In this document: piece after piece, positions 26,993 through 41,990 of the stretch
Position numbering within the stretch: the first letter of the stretch is position 1
How the letters are laid out: the number at the start of each line of letters is the position of its first letter
Source: the human T2T-CHM13v2.0 reference genome, Homo sapiens
NCBI RefSeq assembly: GCF_009914755.1
Contig: NC_060926.1
Length of the DNA: 64,000 nt
Reading direction: 5' to 3' (one strand)
Program-made: the position numbers and the translations under genes
The notes under the pieces: generated by a model
Database searches by the model: none
Seen by the model: the letters and a program-made list of their open reading frames with translations, nothing else
Told to the model about the DNA's origin: nothing

Positions 26993-28224
26993 AATAGATA
27001 TGAAACAACATCGCACTTTATCAATTATTATTGTTGGTTAACATCTCAGTCAACCTCATTTTCTCAGTTCTACCTTCTGAGGGATCCTGCTTCTTTTTTC
27101 AGGGTTGTTGCAGTTTTCATTTTTTATTTTTTTTTAACATTTATTGACTGTCAACAAAAAAGGCTTTATTTTCTACCAGTTTCCTCAATTTAGAAATACA
27201 ATAATTATCGTAATGAAGAGTATTGGTTAACGTTCCACAAAAAGGAGATTTTAAAAAGGAATCCTTATTTTCTAGTCAATAAACCTACCCTGTTATTATA
27301 ACAATATTTTCTCTTAATTTTTAAAATATTATCTAATCAAACAATTTAGAGAACCCTGATTTGAGGGTGACCCTTTATGTTAATGGAGACATTTTATATT
27401 GGCTAGTCAGAGGTAGACGAACTGTGTGCTCTGTAAATTCTACTGTAATTGTGTCCATTCTCTGATTTTGCTTCAGTTTGGTTGTTAGCTATAAAATTAC
27501 TGGTAAGTAATAAAACACAGGTCAAAAGTATTAAACCCTTGTTGCAAATATTACCAAATCATAACAGGGAAATATCATCTGAAAGCCACAATTGCTAGCA
27601 TTTACCTGTAAAATATGGTTTAAATAATAGGCCTCTTTTTTTTCTTTCTTGGTTTGGCTTATTAAGATTTTACATTTCTCCTATAACTTGCTATCCAAAT
27701 GAAAGGGACTGTTTCTGGAAACCACTCTGGTCGATTCTGCTTGATAATAAATAATCTTTAATTATTAAATATTCATAGAGGGTTTTAGCCATTTTATTTT
27801 TGTCTGGCAAGGAATTGCATGCCATATAACCATGTGTCTCTAAAGTATAATGAAAGAAGATGAATGCTTGTAATACTCCCTGTGGCTAATTCTTTCTAAT
27901 CCATTGCCCTTCTTTAAAAAAGAACAGTTGTGATCTTATTTATGATGTTTTAAGGCTCCATAGAGCTCTTACAAATGTTCACTGACTTGTAGTTCTATAT
28001 GAGGCTATGGTGCTCATGCATTGGTCAAAACAAACAGGAGCAAAACAGTAGGGCACAGAGTGGGGCTTGGTCAAAACAGGGAAGAGCAAAGGCAAAAACT
28101 TGTATTGTAGTGATTATGTTGCCTTTTCTTCTCATTACATGATATCTCCCATTAGTAAAACTTACTCGACCAAATATTTGTTCCACCCTCCTCCTGTGAT
28201 CTGACATCTCAGTAAATTTATGGC

Positions 28225-28523
28225 CAGCATTTCTCAACATGCATTTCTAAAGAACAGTTGGTTCAAAGAAATACTAGCAGATGTTACTTGAAAAAGAGTT
28301 CTGAGATCAGATAAGTTTGGGAAATACTAAACTATAGAAAGTTAAACAGGTTTCTTTTCTCAAGGGCTTCTTAGAGTTTTTGGTATGATAATATTCACTG
28401 TGAATCCCCACGAAAAGCATATAGATTTGCAAAACTTCCAGAATGCATTTGTCCTTTGAAACTTTTTTCACAGAATATGCTTATGAGAATAATGTTCCCC
28501 AGAACCTAATTTAGGAAACACTG
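28225..28523. mobile_element. hAT-Charlie non-autonomous element (Charlie4z-like)
   Basis: Ends cagcatttctcaa ... taggaaacactg; internal gataagtttgggaaatac. Confidence 0.6.
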
Positions 28524-29082
28524 AACTAAGTAACTGTAATGTGACTGCTGCGTGCATCTTTAAATATAGGAGGCAGGTAGAGGAGTAGGTAATTGGAAAG
28601 GCTAACTCTTCCTCTAAAACAATTGGCCAAAATACAAAATGAACTTGAAACTGTCAAAGGAGAAACAATTGATACAAAAATGGATACTTTTCATGGAAAT
28701 ACTTACTCCAAAGTGGTATAACACTCTCTTCACATAGATAGAATTAGCTTCATTCTAGCCTCCTGAGGTCAAACTGGTCACAAAAATCATGGTTTCTGTC
28801 TAAACTACCTCGAAAGATAAAGTTCTGTCACTGCAGATATCTAAAAATAAACTGAATGATCAGCTTAAAGCAAGGTGGAAGACATTGGGATTTTGGTTAG
28901 ATCAAATACTTTAAATACCCCTTCCAACTTTGACAGTCTATGGTTCTAAGGGTATATATAGCTTATAATAGTCTATTCCTACAGAAAATGACCAAGCCAC
29001 AGCTGGTAGTACATGTTTTCCTTAGAGATGATTAAGACAGTGCCAAAATGGGTTATTTTGTTTCTTCAAAATGGTTTAGTGG

Positions 29083-29432
29083 TGTTAATGGACTGAATGC
29101 TTGTGTACCCCAAAAATTCATATGCTGAAATTCTTTCCCCCAGTGTGATGGTTAGAAGGTGGGGCCTTTGAAAAGTAATTAGCATGAAGGTGGTGCCCTC
29201 CTGAATGGGATTAGTGCCTTTCTGAGAAGAGAGGCAAAAGAGATTATCTTTCTCTCTGCAATGTGAGGATACAAGAAGACAGCCATCTATAAACCAGGAA
29301 GAGGGCCTTCATCAAGAACCGAACTATGCTAGCACCCTGATCTCAAACGCTCGGCTTCCAGAAGTATATGTTTGTTGCTTAAGCCACCCAATCTATGGTA
29401 GGTATTCTGTTATAGCAGACTAAACTAACACA
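29083..29432 (+). mobile_element. MLT1A0-type solo LTR
   Basis: tgttaatggactgaatg...actaacaca; perfect TSD AGTGG at 29078-29082 and 29433-29437. Confidence 0.88.
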
Positions 29433-31321
29433 AGTGGCCATTACAGTGGCGGATGCTAGAAATTCAGGAGGCATTCACAGAGTGCATCTACCCACACATA
29501 TTAGCAAGGGAAAAAGGTTTATATATATTTCCCACCTCATGTAGAAAATCTCAATAATTCTTTGCTCTAGAAATCTGAAAGGCTTCATTTGCCTCCACAA
29601 ATTATAGAACTGAGTAAGTGTTCCCAATTCATGTACTGCAAATTTAGAATTTTATAACAACCTATCACATTACTACACAAACATGCTTATTTTGAAGGTG
29701 AAATAACTATCATCATTTATAATAGTCTTATGAATGATTACTATTTATTTAATATTCATAAATTTTTCTATGTAAAATTATCTTTTTATTCTATCTGGTA
29801 GGGAGAATGACTTAACCTGGCAGCATCTTTAGTCCTTCAACCATTTCCTGTTTTCTATAACCAGGTTCTAATGTTAAAGCATTCCACAGTCCACACACTC
29901 TACCCAGGGGTTAACCAGGAAAACAAGTTCAATGTTGTGTGTATGCTTTAACTGTATATGTTTCTCTCCATCCAAAAATCTACAGCATGACTGGAAGAAA
30001 TTATTAGGTCATCTTAACTAAACCAATGAGGCCTTTCTTCTTTTATATTTTTTATTCAAGCCCTATAAATATCCTAATTACCTATTTGAGGGGGATTACA
30101 TCTCCCTAGTTTATCGATCTTCCACAATGTCCCTCATTCCCAAATCATGTCTTAAAATTCAGCCTCAGAGTATTTTCTCCTCAAGTCTTGTATAACCTTT
30201 ATCATCTTGTCACATTATTTAATGACGTAATAAGATTTAAAAACATACCATATGTGTGTATGTGTGTGCATATACACACCTACTTAAGCTCTCCTATTAT
30301 CTGTGCAAGTGCTAGTAAGGGTGGATTCCTACCAATTTTCTTCTCCAATGGGTGCACACCATTGCAAAAGAACCTAGAACTAGGAGTTAGAGGACATAAA
30401 TGGGACCAGTTGTTTATCCTCTCTGACATTCTGCCTCTTCATCCATAACTAATGGATGTGAGCCAGGAGCCATAGCTTGCATTAAACACTTGCTTAAAAA
30501 TCTAGTACATTTTTTTCCTCTTGGATTTGTCCAATTATTTTATTCCTGCAAATATACCCTAGGCACTCTTGTAGACACTTAGGGAGGCCCGAGCTCATTG
30601 ATCTAACAAAATAAAGATGAATGGGAAATAGAAGCTCAGGAGCCAGTGGGTCTTCCAGAATAACAAGTCATCTTTTTTTGGTCAGGGAAGAAAGAGAACT
30701 TCCAGCAACAGTTCCTAGCATAAACAGTAGTATTAGCATGCCAGAACCAAGTTGTGTTATGTCAGGCTGCCACATCAGACATTGTGCTTTATTTCTCCTT
30801 TAAAAGACTGACTGAATGGGTCTTATCAGTCTTCATCAGAAATGTCCACAGTCCATGCTACCTCTCTGCTCCATCCTAACCAAACATACAGTCTGTATCC
30901 AAGTCAATGGTTCTATGATCATAACAATTTTAAGCCCATAAGCTTAAGATAGTAATTAATCTAGTAGCTATTTAAAGGGAGTTTTGTTATATGGTGCATT
31001 AAGTCAGGGAAAGCCAGGTACACGAGGGATTCCCAGAAGTTTCCTCTATGTACATGTATTTACCTCAAAATGCTGTAATTAAATTCAGTGAAATACATGT
31101 GTGAAAATCCTTTGAAAACTACAAAGAACTATATAAGCATATAACACTCAAAACTACCTGACCCTCATTATCCACAAATGTTTAAGTGCTAAGTCATTTT
31201 TCCATAATTTCTTAGTAGATATTTTTAGATCTATTTGAAAACACACTAATTCCTTTAGTTACTAGAGAATAAGTCTTTTGCATTCATTATATGCAAAATA
31301 TAATTCATACATCCATATAGT

Positions 31322-31755
31322 TGAGGCAGGATTTTTTGCTCCACAGTTCAGCTAAATCCAGGTTTTTGTCTCACAACCAGGAAAAATTAGGCATGCAGAC
31401 ACATTGAAAGCAAAAGGAAAGCTCTCAACTAAAAGAGGGGTCCTGCATGCAGGTTCCCCCTCACAAATTGAATACCAGGCCACCACACATGAGTTGAAAG
31501 GGCCAGGCTCCTCCTCTCCATAAGGCACAAATTCCTGGTGGCTCCACGACATTCTCCCAGTGCATATGCAACCCTTGGTCTGAGCCACCCCACATTGATT
31601 TATTTCAGCTTACTGCGCACGTGTTAAGGGATGGAATTTTTCACTGTGGTCATGTTTAGGCAAGCCCTCTGTGCACAATGACCTGGGCAGGTCAGAGGTT
31701 CCCTGAGGACCCTTCCCTATTTGCCTAGGCATTTGGCTGTCTCTTGTCTCTATTA
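31322..31755 (-). mobile_element. MER61-type ERV1 solo LTR
   Basis: agttcagctaaatccagg...gaaaaattaggcatgcagac and aaattcctggtggctccac; 4-bp TSD TAGT/TAAT. Confidence 0.75.
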
Positions 31756-32606
31756 TAATGACATACTTATCTTCAAAATATGCTGCTAAAATTTTAACAA
31801 ATTCCTTTAGTCATGAACTGCAAACTTAAAAAGTTGCCAGTAAAACTCACTTCCTAAACGATTGTTTTTAAATAATATTATTTTAAATTTTTCAAAATGT
31901 GCTTGATGTGGATTGCATTCTTTGTAAAATAGGTAATGACTTTCCGTCTATATCTGAGTTTTCTATTGAATACATTTGAAGTTAACAGAAAATATAAGGA
32001 ATGGGTTATATACTTGCTTCCAAATTTGTCATTGTTAATCTGGCTATAGAAAGTTCGCAAGGTCCATTTATTTTCCTTAATACCTAGGAAATGCCACAAG
32101 ATACGTATCATGTCATATTTGTAATTTAAATATCTTTATAGTCAAAAAATAAAACTATTGTGTGATTTTTTTAATGAGTCATGGAAGAGTACTGCATTAC
32201 AGGCACAGAGTTCTATTAATGATTATATTATTGGGCATTAGATATAGGTAATTGTCATCATTTTCACACAAATACACAAAAACATTTTCATGCCCTATTT
32301 AATTACTTGATTTATCAGTGGACATTTAATAAGTGCCAGTCTAGATGCTGCCATGGGAACTATATCTCCCAGAGTGTACAGCATACAAAAAAAGATTGGC
32401 AGTGCACAAGGAAAAAGAGTAATGGTGGGTGTTAGGAATGAGAAGCTCAGGAAGCTTTTCATCTGAGATACTACTATGAACATAACACTCCCAAACTCCC
32501 TCTTACATTCTCTCACTCTCTAGATGTCTGGTTTGCACAAAAGAGAGCTGGCGCCATCTAATTTTTGTGTGGAAATCCGAAGATGTCCTAAGGGCATGTG
32601 AGTATA

Positions 32607-33160
32607 TGTCGGTCAGAGTCAGGTCAGAAAAACAGAAACAGCATTTCGATAGGGAATTGGTTACCTGGGCACTGGAGAACTGGACTTTTAACAAGAATAC
32701 ATGGAGGTAACACAGACATAGTAACTTCAGGGAGAAGCTAACTCCCTAGGGATGGGGTAACAGAGAGAAGAGGTTGAAGGAACCAGATTTAGAAGTTTGG
32801 AGGGTGAATTGTATAAAGCTGGGTCCCCTCTGAGGAAGAAATGCTCTCCACGTAGTGCTGATGATTCTAAGTGAAAGTAACGGTGCTGGTTCCAGGAATA
32901 CAGGGGGAAAGCTGGAAACTCTAGCCAGTTTCCAATACTCAAGGTGAAGGGTCATTGCCAGGGTGCTGGTCATAGGAAGTCATGTAAAACATGTCAGAGC
33001 AAGTTCCTTCTCCACCCCCCAGTTTTATAGTATCACGTTAGTGATACTATAGCAGAACTTAGCAGAGAAACAGCTTGAAAATGAGAGGTGAAATTTGCAT
33101 GGTCTTAGTCCCAATATCACAAAGCACAATATGGAAGAGTAGGTTTCGAGCTAATCAGCA
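32607..33160. mobile_element. Ancient LTR (LTR78/79-like)
   Basis: tgtcggtcagagtcaggtcagaaaaacagaaac...agggaattggttac start motif; family uncertain. Confidence 0.4.
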
Positions 33161-34261
33161 CTGGGAACCTGAGAGTATAGATCTGAGGGCTGGCAGTACA
33201 TCAATCCACCTGGAGTGCTGTTGGTTCCTCCAGCTCTTCCCTCTGTCCCCTACCCCTAATCCCTGGGGAAGTATGTGCCCCCTCCTGTTACTATCTCTGT
33301 GTTAACTTCTGTATCTTCCTGTTACCTTTCCTGCCCTCCAATACCAGTTTAGACAATTGTCTACTTGAAATTTTCATTGTTATGTTTTCCTGACAAAGAC
33401 AGACTGCTTGACCTTCTCTTGCTCTCCTAACCTTACAAATCCCATAGGGTCTACCACTGGGTGGTGCCAGCCCTGGTCAAATGCTGTGACTTATGCTGAT
33501 CTGTTTGCCTTAAAACCTTCCCTCCACCTGGGCCTGGATCCTGCCCAGTTCTCTTAACTAGTGCCTGACGCAGACTTCATCATCTCTTAATTATTCTGAC
33601 TAGGTAATCCAACCTCAATTTACATCCTGTGTTTCCATCGAAAGCCATATTACTTCTAGCTTGATGGATTTCATTACTGATCAAGGCCTCACTTAAACAA
33701 GTGACATGTCTCATGGGAACTTCCAAAGACATTCATCAGAGAATTGCACCGTAGCCCTATCTAGCTGGCTCCTTACCATACTATTAGGAAAGCTGTATGT
33801 GGGTGGGTATGTCCTTGCACAGTGGAAGGATAAGTTAAGGTAAAATATTAATAATTAACAAATATATATATGAAATAAACTGGTTGTTACTTAGCTCATT
33901 AGTTCACATGCATTATTAGCCCATTTAATTTTCAAAATAACCTGTGAATTAGGTAATATTTTTACTTTACAGAGGAAGTTCAGCAAAATGAAGGAGTGTA
34001 CTCAAAGCTGAGCCCAGATACAAACCCAGCCCTTCGTGGTTATAAAACCTCTTCATCTGCTGGCTTCTTGCTTTTCAGTAGAGTACCAGGGTCAGACTTC
34101 AGCCCACCTGGAAACTCACTAGCATAACTCAACTGATGTGAAGATGAAATATTGTCCTCGTATCCTAACTGACTGCCCCTTTCCTATATAATGATTGGAA
34201 ATTCAATATTGACCCAATTCAACAAAGATTTTGTGAGCCTTGTCTATGAGGCAGGCAAGTG

Positions 34262-34515
34262 GTAATAATAGATAATAAACTTACTGAGGGCTTATTGTGT
34301 TTGGGGCATTGTTTCAAGAACATGAATGTCTCATTTAATTTTCTGAACAACTCTAAGATAGATCCATTATTAACAACCCCATTTTACAGATGATGCAATT
34401 GAAGCCCAGAGAGGCTAAATGATGTGGCTATGATGTCACAGCTAGGAACTGGCCGAGCCAAGATAAGAACGTAGGCAGCATGACTCTGAAGCCTATGGTC
34501 TTAACTTGTATGCTA
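34262..34515 (-). mobile_element. MIR, near full length
   Basis: ccccattttacagatgatgcaattgaagcccagagaggctaaatga core. Confidence 0.85.
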
Positions 34516-35200
34516 TATTTCCTCTTGTGTAAGAGGCTGAAGAGGAAAAAATGAGTCAGACATAGGGAAGAGGACCAAACACATCTAGAAACATAAGTAA
34601 TGTAATAATCACCCTTGCAAAGGAATACAGACTGTAGAGAAAGTAGCAATTAGTTTTAGAGAATGAAGACAATAACTTTTGAGCTAGTTCTTAAGTATGG
34701 ATTTCAGAGTTTTAGGAGAAGAATCAATAAGTCCTGGTGATGGGACACGGAAGAGAGATGGATGTCCAGGGTGGCTCTGTGGAGGGGCAGATCTAAGAAG
34801 GTAGACGTGGAGATTCATTTTAGACAATGTACGTTTAAGTGAGTGATAAGAATTAGGCAGCACCCCCACCTCCCCACCCCCACAAATGAAGGTCTAGATT
34901 TAAAGATAGGAATCAAAACTACATTATAGATTGAAATTTCCATTACACAAGTAAGAGGTGTCCATAGATGTGATAAGTTGTCCTAGAAAGAGTAGTAGAA
35001 ACAAAGAAATAAGATTTTTCTCACTTTTTCTTCTGGGCAGTTACCTACTATGATCAACAGTAGGGTCAAGATAAAAAGGCATAGAACAGAAAGGAGAAGG
35101 CAGCCTCTGACATCAGGAACTGGTGGCCTGATATTAACATCTGAGCCCTGATGTGTTGCTATGAGCTGGCCTAGTACCATCAGCCAAGACTTAGTTCTCC

Positions 35201-35677
35201 TGTTGAATACAAAGGGTTTCACAGAACATCAATATCAGACAAGGCCACTCTGTGATCATGACAGAACTAGGCAATAAGACCACTCTGTAATCATACCTGA
35301 AAACAAATCATGAACATTTTCCAAACCATAAAAATGACCAAATATCTCGCTATCCTAGCTAATACTAGTTACTACTGCTTCTTTACCAAGTACAGTTTTA
35401 GTCTACCCTGCAGTTAAATGAGAATTATGGAAACACCCAGCCATAGAATTGTACCCACCTATTGACAGTACCCACTCCAGAGCAAACCTTCACTTACTTG
35501 GACCCACCCACACATCATGCAACTAAACTCTGAATCTCATAAATCCTTTCTAACAACATCTTACTGGATACCCCACAGTTCCTGTGGGCATATTTTCCTT
35601 CATGACAAAGAGTAATAATCACAACTTAGTCAAGTACAGGTATTTTCCTGGTAGTCTTTTGCTGGAGGTCATTGAGA
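35201..35677 (+). mobile_element. LTR37-like ERV1 solo LTR
   Basis: tgttgaatac...cagaacatcaatatcagacaaggccactctgtgatcatga...ggaggtcattgaga. Confidence 0.7.
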
Positions 35678-35947
35678 GTAAAGAGAATTCCTAGATATAT
35701 TTTCCTATTTTATCTGCTTTGTTTTAAGTAAGAAATTAAAGTATTAAACACTTTGCATTGGTACTCTTTTTGACTTGATTTAAAATAGTCAATATGCACT
35801 TAGCTATACAACCTATTTATTGACAAAATATCTGATTGGGATGATTATTTCACTGTGAAAGAAAACTCAAAACAGTAGAAGCAATAGAAAATCTTACTAA
35901 TCTAATGACATAACTTCTCAAAATGCTTGTTTAAATTAATACATGAA

Positions 35948-36315
<368 letters not shown>

Positions 36316-36512
36316 TTAAATAATAAATTCTTAATAGGTCTGTACACAATAGAGCTTTAATTTTTTGTCAGACAAGTGAAATAAAATTAGTTACAATTAG
36401 CATGTCTTGTTGAAATTGTCAGCCATTATTGGTTTCCCTCTGCTAATATTTTACTACTCTATTTTTGTTTCTATCATTATATATGAAAAGGAATATTTAC
36501 ATAAGAAATCTG

Positions 36513-36820
36513 GGCTGGGCGCAGTGGCTCACGCCTGTAATCCCAGCACTTTGGGAGGCCGAGGTGGGTGGATTGCTTGAGGTCAGGAGTTCAAGACCAG
36601 CCTGACCAACATGGTGAAACCTGGTCTCTACTAAAAATGCAAAAATTAGCCAGGCGTCGTAGTGGGCACCTGTAATCCCAGCTACTCTGGAGGCTGAGGC
36701 AGGAGAATGAACCTGCGGGGAGGTGGAGGTTGCAGTGAGCTGAGATCATACCACTGCACTCAGCCGGGGCAACAGAGTGAGACTCCATCTCAAAAAAAAA
36801 AAAAAAAAAGAAAAGAAAGA
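36513..36820 (+). mobile_element. AluSx-like element
   Basis: Full dimer with small right-arm deletions; TSD AAGAAATCTG at 36503-36512 and 36821-36830. Confidence 0.95.
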
Positions 36821-38707
36821 AAGAAATCTGGCAGACCATGAATCCTCCTTCTTTCAGTAAAGAGTTAGAAAAATCCCTTATTTTTCATTGTTCTTTGACA
36901 TGATATAATGTAATCAAATGTGACTGATGCAATCTAACAAATCTAGACACAATATGAAATGCCACAGGAAAACAAGGGAAAGCTACTATATTTATCCAGC
37001 CTGAAGAGAAACAAAACTTCTCATGAAACATAAAAACAAAGGCTTTGGAAAATGAGCAAATAATACACTTCATGGAGTTTGTTCAAATATCTTATATTTC
37101 GCCTTTTTGAGATATACTCTATCATGGATATTATATGAAGTTTAGAAATTTTTTTCCCACTCGAGAGTAGCACAAGATGGGGCCTTTTCAGTTTTTAAAC
37201 CTGTTTAAATACAATGGGAACCAGTGCTTTTGAAAAGACCTCTCTTCTGTGGTGTTCATGACTCGAAACCTGTGATTTCTCATAGGTTCCAAGGTAATTC
37301 TAAATGGACTACACTTCAGCTAAGCTGTTTTTCTGAGACTGTACCCTGCCTCTGAACTGTGCTAAAATAACCTTGCATTATCCTAATTAGGATTATTCAC
37401 AATACACACATATTGCAAAGGGCCATTTTCATTTTCAATTAGTTGAAAAGGATTAGTTGCAGTCATACACATATGGTCCTGAATGCTATTATTATTAAAC
37501 TCAATATTTTTTATTGCTGTTAAAATTATACTCCTTACCAATATAACTTAGCTAATGGAGTAAAAAGATGGTCTCTCCCTGACAAATCACTCTCTTCTAA
37601 AGAAAATTGTGAAGGTAACAATACCTAAACGGAAGAAAATATATGTGTGGTAAAGAGGCTGTTTAATCACGAGTAATGGCAAACCTAAAATTAGTTCCAA
37701 TTAAAAGAGAAATGCATGGAAACTAATCTGAACGTAGCAGATAAAGGGTGGCATAAAGGAGAGATTATTAAGCAGAAGCATATAACAGGACCCCAGGTGC
37801 AGCACTTCCTCATTATACCTATTCTTGGGCAGCAATGTCCTGAGTGTACGGTAAACCACCGCACCCCCACCCCCCGAAAAAAAAAAGAAAAAGAAAAAGA
37901 AAAAAAAATACTCCAAGGAATAATTTTACACGGTTGCTACACTTGAGATGAACAAGTACATGTTTTTTGGAAGAAAGACCATAGCAACTTGGTTTTTACT
38001 TCCAAAATACAGCAGCATGTTAATTGCTTGATCAGCCAAATGAAACTAAATGTAATTAAGACTAGTGTGGGGTTAATTTGATCCATAATTATGTTATATA
38101 AAGTAAATGAAAATTGTTTCTTTCCTAAATTGCAATTCATTAAAATTACAGATATTAAAATAAGATACTATAAAATTACATGAAGCATGTACACATTAAT
38201 AGCCATTAGTAATAGCTTGATATTTCTATCTAAGCAACAGTTTATTAAAATGCCAAAAGGTGATATTTGACCACTCACATGACTGGTTTTTTTACTCTGT
38301 TTTTCCATACTTCTAAGAAATATTTCTTTTCTTTTTCTTTCTTTCGTTTTTTTTTTTTTTTTTTGGCTAATGAAGTAAAGTGTTCTAGTCTTAGTTTGTT
38401 TTTACCATTTTTCAAATGTCTATAATCTGCTAATAAAAGTACAAATCAATTCTCATTGAACCTTTATTAAAATAAAAACACAGGTACTTCATATTCGAAA
38501 TGACATAGAGGTATGTACATTTCATAAGATGTCAAATGCATACAGTATAAGTAAAGTATTTGGGAGATTTTTGTTTTCAAAGCCAGATTCTGAATCACTG
38601 ATTAAAATGATAGTCATACTATATGTTATATTTACGTAACATTTGGGTTTTAAGCTGATAAAACAGGATTGGGCATAAAAACATTAACTTAAGAAAAATG
38701 AAAGGAG

Positions 38708-38865
38708 GTAACATTTATTGTATGCTGTTTTGAGCATTGTGCTATGCGCTATAAACTATTTTTATCCCCTGGTGAAGCTGGTGTTATTGTCTCCCATTAA
38801 CAGGTGAGAGAACTGAGGCTCAAGAGATTTAAGGAGCTTGCCTGAAGTCACTGAGCTACTTGTGG
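38708..38865 (-). mobile_element. MIR
   Basis: cccattaacaggtgagagaactgaggctcaagagatttaaggagcttgcctgaagtcac. Confidence 0.8.
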
Positions 38866-41754
38866 CATTTACTGTGAGGTGGGGGAGGAGTTCTTTTCTC
38901 TTAGACATGATGTCAAAACACAGAGAAGCAATTAATTTGCCTGATACAACAACATAGTATTTTAATTCCAACCTTATATTCTTATTCATTGAAGATAATG
39001 TGTTTATTTCTGTGAAACTAAAAAACAGAATATCGTAGCATATTATCTTCGTGCCCATTCACATGATATTAAATACAAGTTAGCCAAATAATCTTATTAT
39101 TTTGAGTCCCTAAACATCTACAGGGCCTACTTAGTGGTGGAGAAAGAAATACAGATGGCAAGTGGAACTATCTTATTGAATAGTAATAAACATCTTACAT
39201 GGAGTTCCACTGAGTACACATAGAAAAGGCCTATGTTTTAGGGTAAGAAAGCGTAGGCTGATTATTATACTGTTGAATTGGAAGGAAAAGAAGGAGTGAG
39301 GGCTGGGAGAAAGGAGTGCAAAACAGTAGAAAGTGTTTCTAGATTCTGTTGAAGAGCGCTGGCCTCCCTGTATGTGATAATGCTTTTTACCTTTACTCCT
39401 TTCAGGCCTGAGGAAAAAAGTGATGACTTGAAAATTTGATGTTGTAAAGAAAAAGCATTTGTAATAGAATTTAGGTGCAACACTCAGCAATAGCAGTCTA
39501 TCAGTTACAGAACCAGAGATATTCAAACCAAGTCTAACTGGAACTTCAATATACCGCAATATATTTATTTATTGCTATGAAGCAAGTTATCTGCACATTC
39601 TTGAGAATCTTATATACTTTCTTTGTACAACAAACTGTCACTATATTACTATTAAAAATAGTATGCAAACATTCACAAACAATTCTCTGTAGTTGATTGT
39701 ACTGCACTAATGACAACCATCCTTAAATTTTTTGGAAATCACCTGCATTTCTCTTACAGTTGAAGCCATGTTTCATAAAAGAAAAAATAAAACAAACAAA
39801 TCATACTTAAGAAGTTGCCAGAACACATTATTTACAGTAAGCATGTATGCTTAACAAACCAAATATTTAATATTTCATGCATGAAAAATGGGCAGACATC
39901 ACAGTCATTAGTATTCCAGGTGAGGCAGAACATGCAAATTTACTCAGCCATTAAAGAATGAGTCATATGCTATTTAATATAACAAAATAGTTTATGCATA
40001 TTAGAGTAAACAGTGAAATCACAATAGAAAAAAATGGATTTGATTCAGATGTTGAGCTGCTATGTAAACCAATTATCTATCCGGAGGGAAACAGCTCTGT
40101 CTACAACTACTTAGGCTCTAGGGCCTATTACAAACCCTGGAGTGGGCTGCTGTTTCTGTTCTCCAGGGAATTTACCACGTCACACTAGAAATAGCTGACA
40201 ATAATTAGAAAGCCTGCTTCTGCCAGTATTGCACACATTTTTAATACCTTCCTAAGTATTATGGGAGATAATACACAAGGTCTTTAGAATTCTAGTCATG
40301 CCACCCAAGCCATGGAAAGGACAACTAGACAATAGCCCCAAACTGGACTGTGACAGGCTAATTATTGTGGCTTCATTATAAAACCTCTTTTTACATAGGT
40401 CACCTGGGAAGTGTAATTAAAAATGCATTATTGGGGTATTTTTTATTGAAGCAATTAAATTAAAAAGCCAAAAAAATAATTATACGAGGAGCAAATAATG
40501 TTGGTCAACAGCGTTTATCTAAGAAAGAGAGAACACGTTAGTGGTTCATTAGCAGTAAATGTGTTAACGGGAATCTGTTTGAAAAATGAGCCATAGAATG
40601 GCTTTTAAATACGGAGATTAAAGGATTTATAATGTCAAGTTTAACACAGAAATTATAGATAGTATTATATAACTATGAGTAATAGCACCTTTAATCTGAC
40701 TTAGTAAAATGATTTACATCATACTTTGTGCTGCTTCAATTGTATGAGTATTACACGTGCTACATCTCAGCTAGATAAGTTGCCTTATTTTTTTAACACA
40801 CTTACGGATCTGTTCTAATTATATGGTACATCTAAATAATTAGATGTTAAAATATGTATCTTCCAGGGCAGAATTTTTGTCTTGGATATCCATTCTATGT
40901 AAAGATACCAAAACATGACACCAATTATTTAGGAAAAATTTTATAAAGCTGTAAATATATCACATTGAACTATTCCTCCCTGTCTCAAAATTCTATTGGT
41001 ACTTCTCCCCATCATCATTGTTATTATCACCATCACCACTATAATGATCGTAATCACTAATAATTAATGAATGTTTATTACTTGCAAGGAACTAAACATT
41101 GCATATTGTATAGACTTTTACTTTCGATTCTCTAAATAACCTTAGGGATTAATAATTTATCTCTGTTTTTTAAATAAAGCTAATCAATTATATAGATATA
41201 AAATATAGGTAGGTAATGTATTATCTATTTATCTATAAAATGCAAACTCTTCTTCAATAGACTATCCTACAGTAGTGATAATTTTTACTTTTATGCTACT
41301 GGAAATCTTCCATACTTTAAGCCTACTTATATTTACTGAGTATTTTTCAGATAAATAAAAGCGAGACAAACAGCTACTAAGTCAGAATTTCACATGGTAT
41401 TGCTTTGTTCACTTAGGAGAAGAAAATCAAATTCAGAGAGGTAGAGGAACATCAATTATGGAAAGCTGTGAATGCCAGAGTGAATAAATAAGTGGATGAA
41501 TAGGTAAAAGACAGAACTTGAAAACATAAGTTTATTGGTATACATGGAACTCTTGATTCAAGAAAAATATTTTTATGGTTGACAGAAAAAAAGTTTCTGT
41601 TTATTTTCTATCTTAAGATTGAGTGTTGGTCATGAACTAGTTATTGGCTAGTGAGTCTACATTATATCTTGGTGTATTATGATTAATTTAATTAGTAGTT
41701 TTAGTATAATAATGCTGGATTAGAATTTTATTAGTGTTAATATTTTTCATATCA

Positions 41755-41990
41755 GTAGCTTCCATTCTTGAATATCTACTGTAAACCAGGCCTTGTGCTA
41801 AAGACTTTACATGCATTATCTCTAAGCGTCCACACATCACTGAATGAAATTATTCTCATTTTAGAGATGAGAAACTTGTAGTTCAAGAGGTCAAGTGACT
41901 TCCAAAGTCACGTTGCTGACAAATTGAGAAGCTCAGATTTGAGCCCAGTCTATCCAATTTCAAATGCATGCATTTTCCAGTATTACACTT
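41755..41990 (-). mobile_element. MIR
   Basis: attattctcattttagagatgagaaact...gaggtcaagtgactt...atttgagcccagtct. Confidence 0.8.

Noticed and set aside
32545-32566. Partial CTCF-like motif AGATGGCGCCAG on the minus strand
   Set aside because: The 5' half of the core (CCAS) is missing.
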